Shown here piece by piece: positions 61,421-64,000 of a DNA stretch of 64,000 bases. The stretch covers positions 256,001 to 320,000 of the forward strand of contig CAWBBV010000001.1 in the NCBI GenBank assembly GCA_963787125.1, given 5' to 3'. Position 1 is the first letter of the stretch. The number at the start of each line of letters is the position of its first letter. The notes below the pieces were generated by a model. The model was not told the DNA's origin. It did not search any database and was given only the letters and a program-made list of their open reading frames with translations. A program made the translations under genes and the position numbers. The DNA is from an uncultured delta proteobacterium. GTDB taxonomy: Bacteria > Desulfobacterota > Desulfuromonadia > Geobacterales > DSM-12255.

Positions 61421-61497
61421 TTATTAACAGGCTTATCAACACTTGTTGATAAGCCATTGTAGTTAAATAGCCTTGATAAAACAGCTAATTACGCACA
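61421..61497. promoter_or_regulatory. DnaA-box cluster upstream of dnaA (autoregulation or bipartite origin)
   Basis: TTATTAACA at 61421, TTATCAACA at 61433, TGTTGATAA at 61444 (inverted pair) and CCTTGATAA at 61471. Confidence 0.75.
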
Positions 61498-61654
61498 TTT
61501 TATCTATTTATAGAGGGTAGAGACTAGCAGAGAGGTTACTTATTTGCAAGGGCATTTATCTTTGCCAAATTTAAAAAAAACATTGACAAAACAACGCTCA
61601 TATGAGTAAAAATATTAATTCGAGTACAAATTTTAGTTGAACAAGAGGATATAT

Positions 61655-61804
61655 ATGAAACGTACTTTTCAGCCAAGTAACATATCACGTAAACGTACCC
61701 ACGGTTTTCTTGTAAGAATGTCCACAAAAAATGGTCGTCTTGTCATAAAGCGTCGTCGTGCAAAGGGAAGAAAGCGGCTTTCAGTTTCTATTGCATCAAA
61801 ATAA
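61655..61804 (+). CDS. rpmH: 50S ribosomal protein L34 (below the ORF-track cutoff)
   Basis: [49 protein letters not shown]. Confidence 0.98.
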   Translation: MKRTFQPSNISRKRTHGFLVRMSTKNGRLVIKRRRAKGRKRLSVSIASK

Positions 61805-61822
61805 GAGTTATTGCAGTAGATA

Positions 61823-62170
61823 ATGCTCACATTTGATAAGTCAGTGCGACTCAGGAAAAGAATTGAGTTCACAACATTGGCCAAAAGCTGCAAAAAGCTG
61901 GTTTTATCGAATTTTATAATTCTGAGAGCAGATACGGAACTTTCTTATCCACGTTTAGGTATAACAGTTAGCCGTAAAGTCGGAAACTCGGTTTGTCGCA
62001 ATCGGTTAAAACGTCTTGTAAGAGAGTTTTTCAGGTCTAACAAAGAGCTATTTCATCCAGCCGACTACAATGTTATTGCTCGCAGTGGGGCAGTTAATAA
62101 CGGTTATGCTGTTTTATCTCAGGAACTTGCCAATGGAATTCGCCGAATTGGCCAGCAGAACAATCATTAA
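61823..62170 (+). CDS. rnpA: RNase P protein component
   Basis: [25 protein letters not shown]. Confidence 0.96.
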   Translation: MLTFDKSVRLRKRIEFTTLAKSCKKLVLSNFIILRADTELSYPRLGITVSRKVGNSVCRNRLKRLVREFFRSNKELFHPADYNVIARSGAVNNGYAVLSQELANGIRRIGQQNNH

Positions 62171-62372
62171 CTCTCTGATAGCAGTAGTTCGCTTCTATCA
62201 GAGAGTTTTATCGCCTTTCACAGGTGCCTCCTGTAGATTCTACCCATCCTGTTCTGATTATTCAATCCAAGCCCTGCAAAAATATGGTTTTTTTCGCGGT
62301 ATCCTAAAAACAGCAGTTAGACTGCTCAAGTGTCACCCATATCATCCTGGCGGTTATGATCCCGTTACTTGA
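62133..62372 (+). CDS. yidD: Membrane protein insertion efficiency factor
   Basis: [18 protein letters not shown] and [12 protein letters not shown]. Confidence 0.95.
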   Translation: MEFAELASRTIINSLIAVVRFYQRVLSPFTGASCRFYPSCSDYSIQALQKYGFFRGILKTAVRLLKCHPYHPGGYDPVT

Positions 62373-62387
62373 TACTCTGGAGATTTC

Positions 62388-63986
62388 ATGGAAAAAAGAG
62401 TTCTTATTGCAGTCGTTCTTTCTATTGCCGTTATGTATGGCTACTCATTTCTCTTTCCACCACCCAAGCATCAACAAACAGAGAATGTCACCACTCCAGT
62501 AGCTCAAACTGCTGTTGCTGGAGCCGTAAAGAGTTTGCCCGCCATTGAGCAGACTTCTTCTCTAACCGTCGGCATTCCTGTAGTTGATGCAAAAGAGGTA
62601 ACTGTAGATACGGATGTTTTCAAGGCTGTATTTAGTACTCAGGGCGCCGCTCTTAAGAAACTAGTTCTGAAAAAATATAAGGATCATGTCGGCTCAGTTG
62701 GCAAAGAGATTGTGCTAACCAATGAAACAAACTTTAATCAATCCACTCTGGTTACTGATTACCCTGGTTTTATTGGTACAACCGGCAACCAGTTTTCTGT
62801 AAACTCCGTCAATCTTTCTTTGACCGGCGCTGAATCAAAATCAATAGATTTTACCCTGATGACATCTGCTGGAGTACAAATTGTAAAAAGGTTTACATTT
62901 ACCGGTTCGGGCTACGGCATTGCTCTTGACAATATTTTACAGAACAAATCCTCTTCTCTTCAGGAAGGGAGTTTACAGACTCTGCTGCGCAACCGCTCAA
63001 TTAAGCCAAAGGAGGAGACTGGACGTTTTGAGGTTTTCGGTCCGGCAACACTTTCCGATACTGGCGTAACTTTTGATACAATTGCAGATCTTGCGAAAGC
63101 AGAAAAAAGTCATTCCAAAGCTGTCAAGTGGACAGGTTTTGCCGACAAGTATTTTCTGGATGCTGTAATTGCAAAAGATAACAGCATTAATTCTGTTACG
63201 CTTAAAGATACTAATGGTGTTCTGGAGCAGTGTATTGCCTCTTCAAAGATATCTATTGATTCGGGCAAGGAAGCCACTATTTCATATTCACTCTATTTTG
63301 GTCCTAAGGACCTTGACATCCTGAAGGCTCAAGGTAGTCGACTAGAGGAGAGTATTGATTTAGGGTGGTTTGCAATTATTGCCAAGCCACTACTTCATTC
63401 GCTCAAGCTGCTATACGGCTATCTCCATAACTACGGTCTGGCAATAATTGTTATAACGGTAATATTGAAGATTTTTTTCTTCCCGCTTACGCACAAGAGT
63501 TATAAGTCTATGAAGGAGATGCAGAAGCTTCAGCCAAAAATGCAGGAGCTTAAAGAGAAGCACAAGGATGATCGAGATGGTCTAAATCGCTCTGTAATGG
63601 AGCTTTACAAGACCCATAAGGTTAATCCGCTCGGTGGTTGCCTCCCGATGGTGGTACAAATACCCGTTTTCTTCGGTCTTTATAAAGCATTGATGTTCTC
63701 TATTGAACTGCGCCACGCCCCATTTTATTTCTGGCTTCAGGATCTCTCCGCAAAGGATCCTTATTACGTAACCCCTATTATCATGGGGGCGACAATGTTT
63801 ATTCAGCAGAAGATGACCCCTACTAATATGGATCCTGTTCAGGCCAAGATGATGCTTGCCCTGCCGGTTGTTTTCACTGCAATGTTTCTTAACTTCCCGT
63901 CAGGACTTGTTCTTTACTGGCTTGTTAATAATATTTTGACCATTGCTCAGCAGATGTATATAAACAAGACTCTCAAGGAGGCTTAA
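62388..63986 (+). CDS. yidC: Membrane protein insertase YidC
   Basis: NYGLAII, NPLGGCLPM, QIPVF and PSGLVLYW. Confidence 0.98.
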   Translation: MEKRVLIAVVLSIAVMYGYSFLFPPPKHQQTENVTTPVAQTAVAGAVKSLPAIEQTSSLTVGIPVVDAKEVTVDTDVFKAVFSTQGAALKKLVLKKYKDHVGSVGKEIVLTNETNFNQSTLVTDYPGFIGTTGNQFSVNSVNLSLTGAESKSIDFTLMTSAGVQIVKRFTFTGSGYGIALDNILQNKSSSLQEGSLQTLLRNRSIKPKEETGRFEVFGPATLSDTGVTFDTIADLAKAEKSHSKAVKWTGFADKYFLDAVIAKDNSINSVTLKDTNGVLEQCIASSKISIDSGKEATISYSLYFGPKDLDILKAQGSRLEESIDLGWFAIIAKPLLHSLKLLYGYLHNYGLAIIVITVILKIFFFPLTHKSYKSMKEMQKLQPKMQELKEKHKDDRDGLNRSVMELYKTHKVNPLGGCLPMVVQIPVFFGLYKALMFSIELRHAPFYFWLQDLSAKDPYYVTPIIMGATMFIQQKMTPTNMDPVQAKMMLALPVVFTAMFLNFPSGLVLYWLVNNILTIAQQMYINKTLKEA

Positions 63987-64000
63987 TCGGTTATGTATCT

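Overview
This 64-kb window covers the chromosomal replication origin of a bacterium, most likely a Geobacteraceae/Desulfuromonadia member (inferred from gene order and protein character). The right half is mostly core genes: plsC, rnj, ftsK, def, slyX, hemE, an ahbD-like gene, a signalling cluster, gpsA, gyrA, gyrB, recF, dnaN, dnaA, rpmH, rnpA, yidD and yidC. The oriC has DnaA-trios and apparently non-canonical TTATCAACA boxes. The left ~17.5 kb is the most interesting part: two divergent arms separated by an AT-rich control region with repeated FadR-like half-sites. The leftward arm is a Fil-like extracellular filament/secretion locus: four DUF6160/FilA-like proteins with a double-glycine-like second leader, a 12-repeat beta-propeller, a C39 peptidase, a FilC/FapF-like barrel and a FilD/FadL-like barrel that the ORF track missed. 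The rightward arm encodes FadR, an OmpA-like protein with a (PVAA)16 VNTR, and a TatT-containing TRAP (TPAT) transporter. Together they are a candidate FadR-controlled system for capturing hydrophobic substrates. The middle holds accessory modules and insertion scars: a duplicated dctQ/dctM junction, a possible decayed integron cassette with a TA pair, a MacAB-TolC module downstream of ssb, a DUF2461 gene stub and a glycerate kinase-cupin fusion. I recognised no rRNA, tRNA, CRISPR array or transposase. All family calls come from motif recognition, not database searches.
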